A DNA stretch of 64,000 bases from Trichosphaerium sp. ATCC 40318 (taxonomy: Eukaryota; Protista; Tubulinea): assembly GCA_038496445.1 (NCBI GenBank), contig JALMLS010000573.1, positions 284,917 to 348,916 on the forward strand. The letters run 5' to 3'. Below, piece after piece: positions 26,053-39,270 of this stretch. Position numbers and translations under genes: made by a program. The notes beneath the pieces are model-generated. The model did not search any database, was not told the DNA's origin, and worked only from the letters and a program-made list of their open reading frames with translations. Position 1 is the first letter of the stretch, and each line of letters starts with the position of its first letter.

Positions 26053-26966
26053 CTATGGCTCAGCATGGACGAAAGGTACACCATTCGTGTAAATGTAGTG
26101 AAATGATAATGAATAAGAACGGAATCTCTTATCCCATTTTTTGTATTCTCCCTCCTTCTTACCGTTTGAATAGTTGCATAGTACTGAAGGAAGTCCACTT
26201 GGGAAATACTTCTGACACCTTCCTTCTTTTTTATTGTTTTTGAAATAACAACGCCTCCTCACTTGTCCGTTTGGATACCAAATCGTATATTGTCCTTGTA
26301 AATATCCATAATTGTAAGAACACGTCTCCATTACCTGTCCTGTAGGATACCACCTATAACACTTACCGTAAGCCAAAACAACTGATAAACAAACAGAATA
26401 TCAGACTTTTACAACCCTTTTGCTATTTAAACAGTGTAGATGAATACCTCTTGAATACGCCATGCTTAAGACCATATTTGTAGTGACATTGCATCTGAAG
26501 AGTTGGTTTGTCAAGCTTAATTTCAAGCGTTTTATAAGGATAAGGATCACCTACACAAAGCCTTTAATAATGCTAATGATAGCGTCAGTCAAAGTGAGGT
26601 TGTCATTACCTGTCTTAACCCTATAGGCCACAGCATCGTAGGTATACCATCTAGTATATTCTCCATGCTTGAAGCCATGATCATACCAACATTGGCTTAC
26701 AATGTGCCCTTGTTTTATTTCCATCCATTTACCATGCTTATTTAATGATCCATCGTATCTTGTGCTTATTGCTGTGTCACGTGATAAACAAGGCCAAATT
26801 TTATAAACTGTCAGGCTTAGATCTAATATGTAGTAGTGGAGCTCAAGAGGGAGGTGTAACAGCAAATTACAGCTGTTTTCTCGCGAAATGCAGCTGCTCT
26901 ACTGGTTGATAAATACTTAGGCAACGAATCGTCATGCGTTATCTGTAGGTGTACCTTATTCTCCAT
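26053..26966 (-). CDS. F-box-like + MORN-variant repeat protein
   Basis: Spliced start MENK|SSCIS.., then an F-box-like LLHLPLELHYYIL. Repeats of the form Y..G.K.G.Y..WYPNGQ follow. Confidence 0.75.
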
Positions 26967-28159
26967 TGTCGTTGAGGAGATTCTATTCTTGGGTTTAGGT
27001 TTGTTTTTTTCGGTTATGTAATCAAGTCAAACCTAACCACATGTCTCTGATATCCACAAAGAAGACAGAAGGTTTTCCGAAGTAATGTCACTTAAATACA
27101 CTGACTAAGGTGATCTCACAAAGCTGTCTCCTACTGAGTGAAGTCAATATTATAATAGACAATGGAGTGCCCAGCTGGATTTACTAGTTTAGGTACAGGA
27201 AGAAATGTCTTAGAGGAGACCTTGTACGCATATTTTATTCCTTAATTACGCGTCAAAACACGCAATAGATATCATTTAAATAGTTTATTACCGAAAACAA
27301 CGATATTTTGGTTTTATGCCCTAAATCTTCCTTAGAGAGAACCCAGACACAGCCATTGAGCTACAGAAGCTATACGATGGTTGTATTGCAGGTATTGAAG
27401 ACCAGCTCGAAATTAAAAACAAAACAAAGCACGTTACAAGGTGGCCAGAGAAGCAAGTTCTAGAAAGTACATGCCTGTACCGATACAGGCACGCCTAAGA
27501 AAATTACAAAATAACCTGCTTCTCGCAAACCGACTAATACGCTATTCAGAGACTGGTTTTTATATACCACACGCTTAAGGAACCACATATGTGGTCATTC
27601 AGCGGACCATTGTGAAGCTTTCGAAAAACAGTTTCAATCTGAGAATAGAACGAACCTCGGCATGCTATTGAATACGTATAGGATAGCCAATGATGATGAG
27701 ATTAAAGCACTTGGAGCTCACATTGGACGTGTCATTGACAAAGGAGCAATAATTGTCAAAGATAAGCTGTAAAAACAATAAAAGATAATCAAAAAAAAAA
27801 AAGTTGTGGTACGACTTGATGACATCCAGTCAAGTGTCTGACATTGCGATTGAAGCGCCACGAGAGTATTGATACAACCAAACATAATTCTAGGTAAAAT
27901 AGGACCGAACACTGGCCTAGAGCGTTGTAGGTAAGCAAATGTCAAACATCTAAAAAAAGCCAAGAAATCATTTTGCGACGAACTCACTGTACAGACCTCT
28001 CAAAGGACAAACTCTTAGTTAACCTGCTATACGATAAATTAAACAATATAATTATCCACAACACTAACACTTTTGTGACAACCTAATAATGAAATGACAG
28101 AGAATGTGTCCAAAAAAAAAAAAACTCGCCAACACTTTTTTTTTGTTTCTTCTCTCTTT

Positions 28160-30007
28160 TTACTTTACAAGTTTTTGTGTTTCTAGCAATTGGTTGGTTG
28201 CTTCTTCCCATGAAAATTTTTCGGCATGTGCTCTGCATGCCTTGCAGTTACCATTAGCGCCAAATAACTTTAAAGTCTCTTCGGCTGCGATTGTTAAATT
28301 AGTTGGATGTAAAAAGCCCGTCTTTCCGGATAAAACAACGTCTTTTGGACCAATTACTTCATAACCAGCGACTAAAAAACAAATACAGTTAATAACACTA
28401 TACCACAATACTGAGGTAAAATAACCATAAACACGGCGCAGTGGGTGACCAGTGTTTGTGATTAAAACAAAACGAGGTTGGTTTGAACCCTCAACAAGAA
28501 AGTTTTTCGAATTTTTTTGACACGTCAGTCAAACTTGAAGACTTTTTGACAAAAAAATTGTTCTATGATCTTACCTGGAAGTCCAGAAGCCATTGCTTCA
28601 ACCATTACTTGTCCAAAAGTATCCCACTTTGATGGGAACACAAAGATATCGGCAGAACGGTAGATAGCAGCGAGTTCTTCGCCGTATTTCCAACCCAAGT
28701 ACTTTACATCAGGAAAGTTCGTTTTAAGGTAACCAAGGTATGGACCACGTCCAACAACAACCTTAGTGCCCTTTACTGGTAGCTCTACGAATGTTTTGAT
28801 ATTTTTCTGCAAAAAAAAAAATAGTTAGCGCTTGAATACGTCTAAAAACACGTTAAAACGCGCGAATGCTACCGAACGCGTTCAATAAAAAAGAAAACTG
28901 GCAACTCTACAAAAAAACTCGGGAACAAGGTTTGTACCTCAATAGAAACGCGACCAACATATAGATACACTGGACCTTCTTCTTTAGACCATCTAGTAAC
29001 ATCCTCATTCTTATCTCCTTCAGGGTGGAACAAAGTAGTATTACATCCGTTACCAATCACCATAATAGACTTGAAACCAGGGTTATTCTTTTCTAGATGG
29101 TTCCTTGTTGATTCAGAAGGTACAATTACTGCTTCGCTTTCAGAATGAAACCACTAAATCAACGATACACGTCAGCAAAGAAATAAAAAAGATAAATTTG
29201 AGAAAACCAAAAAAATTTACACAATGTCTGTTGTATTTTTTTTGGTGTTACTGCACGTTTTTAAGAAACTACATGTATATACGAGGCGGTGTTAATGAAT
29301 TAAAAATGACTTGAAAGAATTTCTGATAAATAAAAACGATCATAAGATTTGTACTAATTAATAGTATAGAACGCTGAAACGGATTTGTAGGCGTGTCAGA
29401 GTCTTTAAGCAAAAATGATTTTTTGTACCTTTAAATACGCCCACATGAGGTCATCACCAACCCATCCGAGTACTCCTCCAACGTTTGCGCGTAAGTATTC
29501 ATGCAAACGCGTCGAAAACATGGATACGTATTTGTAATTGTTCCACCAACATGCTACAGCGACAAACAAGCCAACTGGTCCTGGCGTGGCGATGACCACT
29601 AGATCTGGGTCATAAGCGCGAACTCTGCTTGATATCTGGCTGAAACTCGGTAGGGTGACTGGGAAGTGGTGTACTTGTCTATAAAGGAACTGTGCTGGGT
29701 GTATAATGCCAATACTAATGTTTCGCTCCTGTAGTATGCCTTCAAAAGTTAAACATTTTCGGGCTACTCCAGAGACGTGTGGCGGATAAGAATCAGTCCC
29801 TATCAATACGCGAGTTCTATTTTGAAGTTTTGCTATGGCACCTTTTTGTGAAGTTAGTACAACTTTGTTTTAGCGTTGTATGGTACCTATTTCATCAGGT
29901 ATACTGCCTAAAAGAAGCGAAAAATCAAGGAAGACAAGAAACGCCACAAAGATTGTCAAAGACGTCAGAACGTCTTTACATTGAAAGTTTTTACAGCAAC
30001 ATGCCAT
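28160..30007 (-). CDS. Family 4 (GT-B) glycosyltransferase with N-terminal membrane anchor
   Basis: TDSYPPHVSGVA, DLVVIATPGPVG, YLYVGRVSIE|KN, VVGRGP, DIFVFPSKWDTFGQVMVEAMASGLP, FSWE. Resembles glycolipid mannosyl/sulfoquinovosyl transferases. Confidence 0.9.
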
Positions 30008-30092
30008 CAGGGTTTCGTTACGAAGTGGAGTACTTCAGTTTGATTAAGTTTGGATTTTGTATCTTAACGCAAAGACCGCCAATTTTATCATC

Positions 30093-32637
30093 ATGGAAGA
30101 CTCCCACATGGATAAAATAGAACAGTGGATACACAATGAAGACAAAATAGTGCGTAAATCGCAATAATGCTGTTACAAAATAATTTGATCGTTACTCTTT
30201 ACAAAAAAAAGTTCGCTTACTTTGGCTAGATAACGTACAAATGGCTTGCTATGAACCTTTCGGTGCCTTTCGATATCGCCAAACAGTACGTAACGTGTTC
30301 TATGTGTAGAAGCCTAAAACATTATTAGAATGTTATGGCACTACCTAGAAAACGCCAAACGTGAAGTAAAAGCGCTATATTTCTTGTCAGGGCTAAAAAC
30401 CGGAAGTCCTCTTCATTCGGTAGCGCTAGTAAAGGGAAGCGATCTAGAGAGTGCGTTTAATAAATAAATGACCAAACTCAAGCTTTGTAGACGCCAAGAA
30501 ATCATTCGATATGATTTTCTCCTTACACGTTTATAGTCTACAAAAGGTACGTTCGTGCGTTTGTAGCGCATCACTACGCTTTCTGTATGATTCCAATATT
30601 TTAACCGTTTTGTAGAAAATACCAACAGACAGTGCAACTGTTGCTGAAGTAGATCTAAGCATGAGGAAAGCAAAGTTTTCAGAATTCAGCGAGAACCCAA
30701 AGTATAATCCGTATTTAACGAATCGGTACGAACTACAATGCTTCATTCGCTAACGTTTATAGCTGGAGTACTGTAGCCACCGCAAGCAGTGAAATTAGCG
30801 CTACACCACTTGGATACGTTCCAGAGTACGAGCGGACTTTTTTTTTGTAACATTTCTTTCTGACTTCCTTGTAGACGTGAGGTTATACAAAAAGCGCCAG
30901 TGGCACCAACAAAGCGCGTATGTACAAGTTCTTGTTGTTTTTCTTTTTTTTCGTTGAAACACCGAAAAAACCTGAACGTTGCGCTTACGCGTCTTAGAAA
31001 TCAGTAAAACCGCCTGTGAAAAAGGACGAACCGAAAGTCGCCAAAAAAGTATTTAAACCAAAGAGAATGATTGCTAAGCCTGGAGGCATTGCCGCCATGT
31101 TCCAATCAGCTAGCCGTAAAAAGTACGTACCTTCTATTTGTTTTTAGGGACAGACGAAGTGCCGTATGATTATAGCGTATTCATAGTTATTGTTTAGGGC
31201 AAAAAAAGAAGAGCAAGAAGTACAATGTTCTCCAGGAGGACCGTCCCCAACGCCTGAATCCTCTGATGAACCTGCCAATACACCTGATGAACCCTTTCTA
31301 GACTCCTCTTCGCCTGCTGAAGTACAGATGAGCGATTTGGAAGATGACGATGAAGAAGTACAAGATGAGTTGTACGTAACCAAGAACGATTCTTTGCGAA
31401 CACGAGTTTGTAGAGATGCTAGCTTTCACGTTCTTTTCGTTCTTTGCCTTACTTTCTTACTAGCGATATCCCACAAGAAGAAGAGATCGCACAGGAGGAT
31501 AAACCAATCAAAGATGAGGTGATAAGGACATACAGCAGAATAAAGAAAACGCGTAGAGTATTAGAAGACAGTGACGACGAGTTAGACGCAGCTCTAGATG
31601 ATATATGCGGAAACGATGATGAAGGTAAGAAAACGCGTAGCCGAACGATACTTGTTTTTTTTTGAGAATTCCCAACTTGGTTGTTAATCATGCTGTGTAT
31701 CTTTCCTTTACGCGTGTGGTATCGTACTAACGTACTTTTTGTTTTTGTAGACGACGATGATGAAAGTATGGAGGACGTAGATGATACGCCTATCAAGAGC
31801 GAGACTTATCTTGATACACAAATAAAACAAGAGCCTCTAGAGTCACAAGAGTCTCAGGAATCAACGGGAACAGCTGTAATAAGTCCTAGAAAGAAGAAAT
31901 TACTCAAGAAATCTCGTAAAAAGCGTATTTCTGCCTCACAAGATGAAGATGATGCTACAGGAACACTTGAAGATTCACCAAAACCGAAGAGTGGAAAGAA
32001 AGGCAAAAAAAAGAAAAACGAGGTTGATCCTTCACAACGTACTCTGTCTTTTGCAAATCACGGAAAGAAACCTTCTAAAACAAAGAAACGTAAAAGAGTG
32101 GTACGTGAATAAGTCAAGTTTTGTTTTTCTCGCTGAATAGTCTTCTTATTTTTTTCTTACTTTAATTTCAGGAAGAACCAGCTCCGGTGATTAAACAAGA
32201 AGAGTTTGCAGATAAAGAAAATGCTCCACCAGTATTTAGCTCATCATCCTCTTTACCAGAGGCCAAGGTTGGTAAATACGCTCACTTGCTTGACAACAAC
32301 ACTGTATCAAGACGAGGTAAAATTAAAGTCAGCAAAATGGTGACAAAGAATGGATACACAAGTACGTAACTTCAACACATAGTCTTTGATTCCGCTGAAA
32401 GAAAAAAAACGTGAAAATTTGATTAGTCAAGCAGCTTGTTTTGTTCTTTTTTTTTTCTTTTCGTGTATTTTTTCTTACTGTTCTTTCCTTGTAGTGATGA
32501 TGGACGTATGGGTTGATGATCCAAATCCAAAGCCAGCACCAAAGTCTCTTGGTCCTCCTAAGAAGCGACAAAAAGTGGCAACATCAACAGCGACTACACA
32601 AGGGAACATATTATCATACTTTGGTGCTAAAAAATAA
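30093..32637 (+). CDS. POLD3: DNA polymerase delta subunit 3 (Cdc27/Pol32 family)
   Basis: Spliced N-terminus MEDSHMDKIEQWIHNEDKI|ITYKWLAMNLSVPFDIAKQ, a disordered acidic/basic middle, then KVSKMVTKNGY and a C-terminal PCNA-binding PIP box QGNILSYFGAKK*. Confidence 0.88.
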
Positions 32638-32990
32638 GAGAAACATTTTCTGTTGTAAAAATGTTGCTTCATTGTAAAATATACTGTTATTTCCTTTACT
32701 ACAAATTACTCACTGTATATTAATATTGTGTTATTTACAAGTCTCTTTAAATAGTAGTACGTGAGTGAACAGGCGCTATGTTGTGCTTAAAACAACGTTT
32801 GTAACAGACTTAAAAATAGCAAAATATTAGACAAATGACTTCATGCGCATTGCTACTCGGTAGAACTACACTGAGCACTTGTGAGGAAAACGGGAAGAGA
32901 TTTATGTGTAACAAAGAGTGCACAGTAAGTTAGGGTAAAATGCTTGTTTATTTGTGAAGGAATACTGGTTGCTTGTTGCTTGCATTGGAG

Positions 32991-33822
32991 CTACTTGTTT
33001 GTAGTTTCAAGTTGGGCTATTTTCTCAAGCAGAATGGCTTTTCTTAGACTATTACCGGTCTCAGTTAAGTTGTCAATGTGTTGCTTTGTCGAATTATCTT
33101 GTTTCAGGTTGGCATTGCTTTTTGTTATTTTGACAATGTCTTTCTTTAGGCCGTTGACACTTTCCGTCAAATTGTTGATGAGTTGCTGCTTATCTTGCTT
33201 TAAGTATATTGTCGTTGCCTTGTGTTGGTTTGCTGTAAATTTTCATGATTTTCCTCCATATTCTCATTGCTCTTCTTTAGTTTGTTCATCTCGTAGTTTG
33301 CTTTCTGTAATTCTATGTCGAGATTGCATAGTTGCTAGTTGATTGCTGGTCATCAGTTGAGTACACATGGGCAGCCCATAGTTTTCTGTGCAACAATATG
33401 AGGTTAAATAAAAGGATGTGATATCTTACCGGTTAGAAATACAATTATTGTCATCGTCAGAGATCATCTATCTTTAATTTTGTTTTTTTGTTTTTTTAGT
33501 TTGGGTATAATTTATAGTACCTCGAGCAACAACAAGCTCATCGTACACAGCATGAGATACTCTATTTTATTTGAGAGGTCTAACTAAGCGATCTTATAAT
33601 TATTGGCCATAGTATCCAGCATCCAAAGAGCTCACTGTTTCCATCTTTATCAACATTGGCATTGACTAAAATTGATACGATGTTATTGAATCCCATTAGT
33701 GCTAAATAGTAACGTGAATAGCATGTATTTTACCTTGTTGTGTGATATTACCTGTCCAAATCAAAGTTGTCTGTCCACATACATTCACAGTTTCAATGTT
33801 GGCATTGGCATGGATTAACATA
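32991..33822 (-). pseudogene. Deleted and frameshifted ANK-PARP family pseudogene
   Basis: Collinear remnants of gene 3: coiled-coil end, KLWAAHV, YDELVVA (~33525) and TVSSLDAGYYGQ (~33605-33640), abutting two broken ankyrin exons. Confidence 0.85.
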
Positions 33823-34391
33823 CCAAAGTAGGATTCTCAGAGAAAGTTGCTAACCTAGAGATGACGGTAGATAATTGGTTAAAAAATTTGTTTTTTGCAG
33901 ATGATCTTCTTCTTCTAGCCAGCTCTACAGACGATATAGAAGAAAAGAACTACTGGCTAGACAGATATAGCAAAGCGACGGGATTACAAATCAATAAGAA
34001 GAAATGTTTTCAAGCAAATATTTCTGGTCTAAATGGCTACAATAGTAAAGTTTTTGATACAGGTACAAGTATTAGGTATCTAGGCTTTAGTCTGAGTGAC
34101 GATGGACTGAATTTTGATTGGAACAGTACTAGAGAGAAAATAACAGTACAACTAGTAAAGTGGAAACCTCTGTGTAAAACAATTCGTCAAAAAATTAATA
34201 TTTTCAAATCGTATGCCCAATCCCAACTAATCTATTTCACCAGACCTCTCTCAATCCCTCCTAGTGCAACTGCTAAACTCATTAATATGTGTAATTGGTT
34301 CCTGTGGGATGTTTCTCGTGTCTTTGACAAGAAAAAGAAATATTCTTGTGTGTCATGGTCACAACTTTCTCATCCATTCTCTCGGATTTAA
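33823..34391 (+). mobile_element. Non-LTR retrotransposon reverse transcriptase fragment (L1/Tx1-like)
   Basis: FADDLLLL, ATGLQINKKK and IRYLG motifs. Same family as the fragment at 57.7-58.6 kb. Confidence 0.85.
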
Positions 34392-34889
34392 CATCATTCC
34401 TGAAAATAAATTTAGAAAACAATACCATATGTAATAAAGTAGGCGCTAGCGCGCTGCCTCTTATTCTAAAAAAAATCCGAGTACCTTTCTATAGAAACAT
34501 TTCATAGCTTGCAAATACAGTCAAGATGTATATCAAAAACGAAATAGTCTTTGATTTAACTTGTGTTTGTAGTTCATATTGAGTACAGTGATTATAAAAG
34601 ACTTTTACGCTAATACTATAGTACTATTCTTTGAAGGGAATGCTGTTAAGGTACTTGTTCGTGGACTTGTTCCTTTCTTGTGGAAGGTAGTTTTTCTTTT
34701 TCAAAGCTTTTGTTTTTCCTAAACAGCCTTTCATCTAGGAATGTATAAAAAACTAGTTATACCTTATTGAAGGAACCGCAACTTTACAATATCCCGCTGC
34801 TGTACAAAATGATTGCTTTGCCCAATAGCAGAATGCCCAAGACTGGTGAGACAACATAGCGTTAGAAAAACAACTTTTAAGTGAAATAA

Positions 34890-35360
34890 GAATTCTTGTC
34901 TGTGCCAACTGATGATAACTTGTCAAAGGAAAACAAAATACTTGCTGCTAAACTTGAGAAACACACCATCAAAACAAAGGTACTACCGCATTATAATATC
35001 CAATACAAGACTATTCAAGCTATTGCTTTCGAATATGTAGTCTGTCTGTTTCAATAGGCCATTCAAATGACATCGAGTAAAGAACTGATTGCTTGGTTGA
35101 ACAAGTTTGTTGGTTATTGCACACCTAATAAGATACGTATCATCACAAATAGCTATCATAGAGAGGACGGCAAGGGGAATGCTGCCGATGGATTATTAAG
35201 ATCATTGAGATCAAATGAAACACGGAAGAAACTTCACACTTTTCTGTAAAATTAACTGTTTTACTCAGTAAACAAAAAAGCAGCTTGCTATCTCACACGT
35301 AAATACAACTGTGCAACAGTGACAGATGACGCTCAGGATATAGTTAACATACCTAATTTT
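34890..35360 (+). pseudogene. Fragment encoding a receiver-like alpha/beta module
   Basis: TSSKELIAWLNKF...KIRIITNSYHREDGKGNAADGLLRSLR, with surrounding frame disruptions. Confidence 0.3.
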
Positions 35361-35587
35361 ATTGAAAGCAAAAGATCCTTTTTCTGGCTATACTGCTCTA
35401 CTGGGTATCAGTTTGACCAATGAACTCGCTATAGACTTCATCAACACATGGCCGAGTTTATCAAAACCTTCCTCAGCGTAAATTATTGTGCTGTAAAAGT
35501 GGTGGAACGACTGTTCCTTTTAGATAGTGTCTCATAACGAGTATTTATGCCTCTTAAACAACAAAGTACTTTTACCAACTTTATTTC

Positions 35588-37944
35588 TTACCAAATTGCA
35601 GAAGTTTGAATGAACAGCCGCTTTTCTCTTGTTTTTATCCATGTAACTATATTTTTACAACCATGAACTACATCTCGCTTATCCATCAATGGTGAGAATA
35701 TGGCATATAATTCAAATCCATTTCTTTTCAATCCAACGCAAATTTCAGATGTGGTCATTGAGTAATAACTCTTACAATGCACTCTTTCTTTGTAGTTGCC
35801 TATAAAAGTAGATGATACATAATTGTTAACCACCCTCAAGCAAAATATGGGTGATGGACGTTTTTGGTCGCAACACCTGATTCAAAACAAATCTGATAAA
35901 AAAACATTTGATTACCTGAGGAGTTAAGACGTGAGTGGAGGCGTTTGTACAAATATTGTGCACTAAATAAATAAGTAAATTACAACAATTTAATATGAAG
36001 TGAGTATTACCGTAGTAAAGCTTCTTTTGTATGGTATGGTGGAGTAAAGAGTGGACTTGTCATTTGTTTGGTTTTTGATTTGTACAAAAAATGAAATAGC
36101 CCAGGTACACCAATATCACTAGGAACATAATCACAGTATGGAAGGGCGTTTGCAATGCTATTATAGAGTTAATTACTCTTGCGTTGTAACATAATACTTC
36201 ATAGTAAACACAAGTCAAGTTACCGAAAAGTACGTGCTGCTATCTAGAACTACAAAAACTAAAACAGTTTCATTACCTCTCGAAGACACCTTGAGCTACA
36301 AGACCAGACATAATCTGTTATTTAGCACTTCTCATTTGATAAAAACCATCATGCTTTGTTGAGAGTAGCAACAAGCATATGTCACCTGTAAGAAATGTCA
36401 TCTATAACAAAGTAAATTAGTGTTGACTTCTTTCACTGTGTAGTACGTGACAGTCAGTACACAGAATAATATAATCGTACATAAGTAAAGAATTTTGGCA
36501 AGCAAATAAATAGGTGACCAATATTCTACGCCCTTGTATCTAAGAAGTAATAATTACAGTGATGTGGCTGTTGTGGCTTTTGTACTTTTTGGACAGTTTA
36601 ATAAAATTGAGGAGCAAGTGGATATCAACAATTTCCAATGCATATCTTTTCTTTATACGAACATGTACAAGTCTATTACCATGAACTAACATTCCATAGC
36701 TAAGCATTTATAAGGACCAAAGAAAGAAAACAAAAGAGAAAAACAACTGTGTACAAGACATCTTTGTTTGTTTGTTTTTGTAAGATACTACCTATCATCT
36801 CCCTCACGTCTATGTAAATTTAGCAAGATTGATAAGTATCTTGCATACTTACTGATTGGGAGCTGTAAAGGGCGAACAGCAGAGAGCAGGTACGAAAGTA
36901 TCAGATTGAGTATCTTTATTATCCCATCAAAAAATAGATTTATACCTTAATCTTGTCACCTCCACTCACAACAATAACATTACCTCCTATTAAGCCTACA
37001 ATATCAAAGCAAGGGCTTCTGCTGTATTATCTCCACTCTACAAAATCTGTAAGGTTCAAAAAGGAACAGATACAGCTTCATAGTTATCATCAACAAAACT
37101 TCATACAAGTTAATGTTAAGTAGCTTAAAAGCACAGTGTACCCCCTTGTTAAAACACTGTATAACTGAGAGTTATAGTATTGTAATAGTACATCTCTAAG
37201 TTGATCTATGGCATCACCACATGTAGAAACAACAATATAGATCAAGTGTTGGCCAACAATCAAAAAAACAATCTTACATTCTCCAGCAGTAACAGCTCTA
37301 CATGCCATAAGCTCTCTCACAAAAAACCACTGACTAGTTCTTACCTTATTTGATCATTGTCATCATCTACAATCGACACAAGAGCCGAAATAACAGCACA
37401 AATACCTGTAACTAAAATAAGTTAACCTACAATTAAAAAGAAACAATACAGGCACTTTTATAAACGGGAATATGACTTGAATAAACAGAACTTCCTGATA
37501 CATTTACAATAAACACAAGAGGTTCTCGTTTGTTCCAATTGCCGATACTGGGACCTGAAATAGTATTAACCATTAACACGTGTTGGAAAACAAATCAAAC
37601 CATGAAATCGGAACCCTTCATAGTTTGAGGTTGCATTGAAGTTACACCCTAAAGGTACATTCTAGTCGTTTAACTTACCATGGTAGTGGTCGGTTTGTGT
37701 ATCTACTACTTCTACGAGTGGTTAGAAGAGCGCAAAAGTGGTCTCAAGGGTTTTATTAGTACCCTCTTGGCAATTTTTATCGAATCTGTCTGTTGCTGTG
37801 TTGTGGCCATCATTAGAAGCTATGCTACTTCTATTGTCCAAAGCATTATTGGTAACATGAAGTGAGTCTGTTGTAGCTGTTTCAGGCTCATTAGTGAGAT
37901 TAATGGAATTGTCGTCAGAGTTTTTTGATGTTGTTAATTCCATA
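35588..37944 (-). CDS. MON1: Vacuolar fusion protein Mon1 (Rab7 GEF subunit)
   Basis: W....VFIVNVSGSSVYS, AGECKIVFL....LIYIVVS..GD...QLR..L.....QLYSVLT, and the C-terminal FELYAIFSPL.....WIKTREKRLFI. Confidence 0.8.
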
Positions 37945-38029
37945 ATGTAAACTGAGCTCCCGTTTTTGACAAAGTTACATGTTAAAAAAAAATCGAAAGT
38001 CAACTGTGGTCAGGATACAATTTCAATTT

Positions 38030-38575
38030 GGTTGTCACTTTCTAATACTAAAAAAAATAGTAGTGAGCTAGCTCAGGTTGTATTTAATTTATGATACTAC
38101 CATTAAGCAAAACTGTGTTTCCTTGTGCATCAATAATATCAACATTGGCTCTAGCTTCTATTAACATTGATACAATTGCCTTGCCCTTCTAGTACTAAAA
38201 TAATAGTGTAAGCACGTTGTTGTAGCTCATTTTGTGATGGTACCAGCCCACATCAAAGCTGTGTTTCCATCTGCATCAAAAGCATCAACATTTGCTTTGG
38301 CATTGAATGCTGATACAACTTGTCAAATCTGAAAAATGCTAGGGTGTTGTCATGATCCAATGTATGATCTAGTGATTTTACTTGTATTATCCAAAGCTGT
38401 GTTTCCACTTTGATCAACAGTATCAATATCGGTGTTGGCCTTAATTAACATTGATAAACTTCATTGTGTACTTTTGGTGCTAAATAGTAGAGTGATATGT
38501 AGATGTTTATCTCATCTATCATGTTACCTGCACAAATTAAAGCTGTATTTCCATATTTATCAATAGCCTCAATTG
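38030..38575 (-). pseudogene. Degenerate ankyrin exon/intron units related to gene 3
   Basis: Four to five broken units. The intron ctaaatagtagagtgatatgtagatg...catgttacctg closely resembles the gene 3 array intron. Frame-disrupting deletions are present. Confidence 0.75.
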
Positions 38576-38825
38576 CCGCTATCTGACATTGGTTGGCTAG
38601 CCAAAACTGAAATTAGTAAGTGAATAACGAGATAGTGTACAAGGAATAGACAGGTTTTTGTTAATTCACGCCATCTACTTATTTGTATTATCTGGTAAAG
38701 TACTTTTTTTCTGTTTTAATCCAGTCGTTCATAATTCTTTGAGCCAATTACAAGTGGCGAGGAACTAACATGTGCTAGTAAGTCGGAAATTGTATAGTGT
38801 AGATTTTTTGATTTCAAAAAACCCA

Positions 38826-39270
38826 TTATGAAAACCAGAGTGGAGCAATTATTTTTATCGTCGGATTCTATGCACTGATACATGTTGCATTAGTGTGCAA
38901 AGAATCAGAGTCAAAATCGGTCTGGTAAGCCAGAAATTTTGACTTTTTTGTCGATTTTTTGCTTCAAAAACGAAGACTTTTTTACCTTCAAAAAAAATTC
39001 CAGAAAAAAATAAGAAAGGTAACATTTATGGCAACCACGGACAAGTTCAGCTCTGACTTTTTACACAGTACACCAACATGTCAATACGCGTATTTTCAAT
39101 TTTTTTGAAGGTGAAAAAGTCTTCGTTTTTGAAGCAAAAAATCGACAAAAAAGTCAAAATTTCTGGCTTACCAGACCGATTTTGACTCTGATTCTTTGCA
39201 CACTAATGCAACATGTATCAGTGCATAGAATCCGACGATAAAAATAATTGCTCCACTCTGGTTTTCATAA
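38826..39270. repeat. Near-perfect palindrome (~173-bp arms, ~98-bp spacer); foldback-like element
   Basis: 38826-38999 is the reverse complement of 39098-39270. Diverged relatives of the arm occur at ~60975-61285. Confidence 0.9.

Noticed and set aside
27300-28000. Protein-like plus-strand stretch
   Set aside because: Multiple stops and no recognisable family.
30018-30853. Minus-strand membrane-protein gene upstream of GT4
   Set aside because: It is the antisense shadow of POLD3 exons. The splice signals and homology are on the plus strand.
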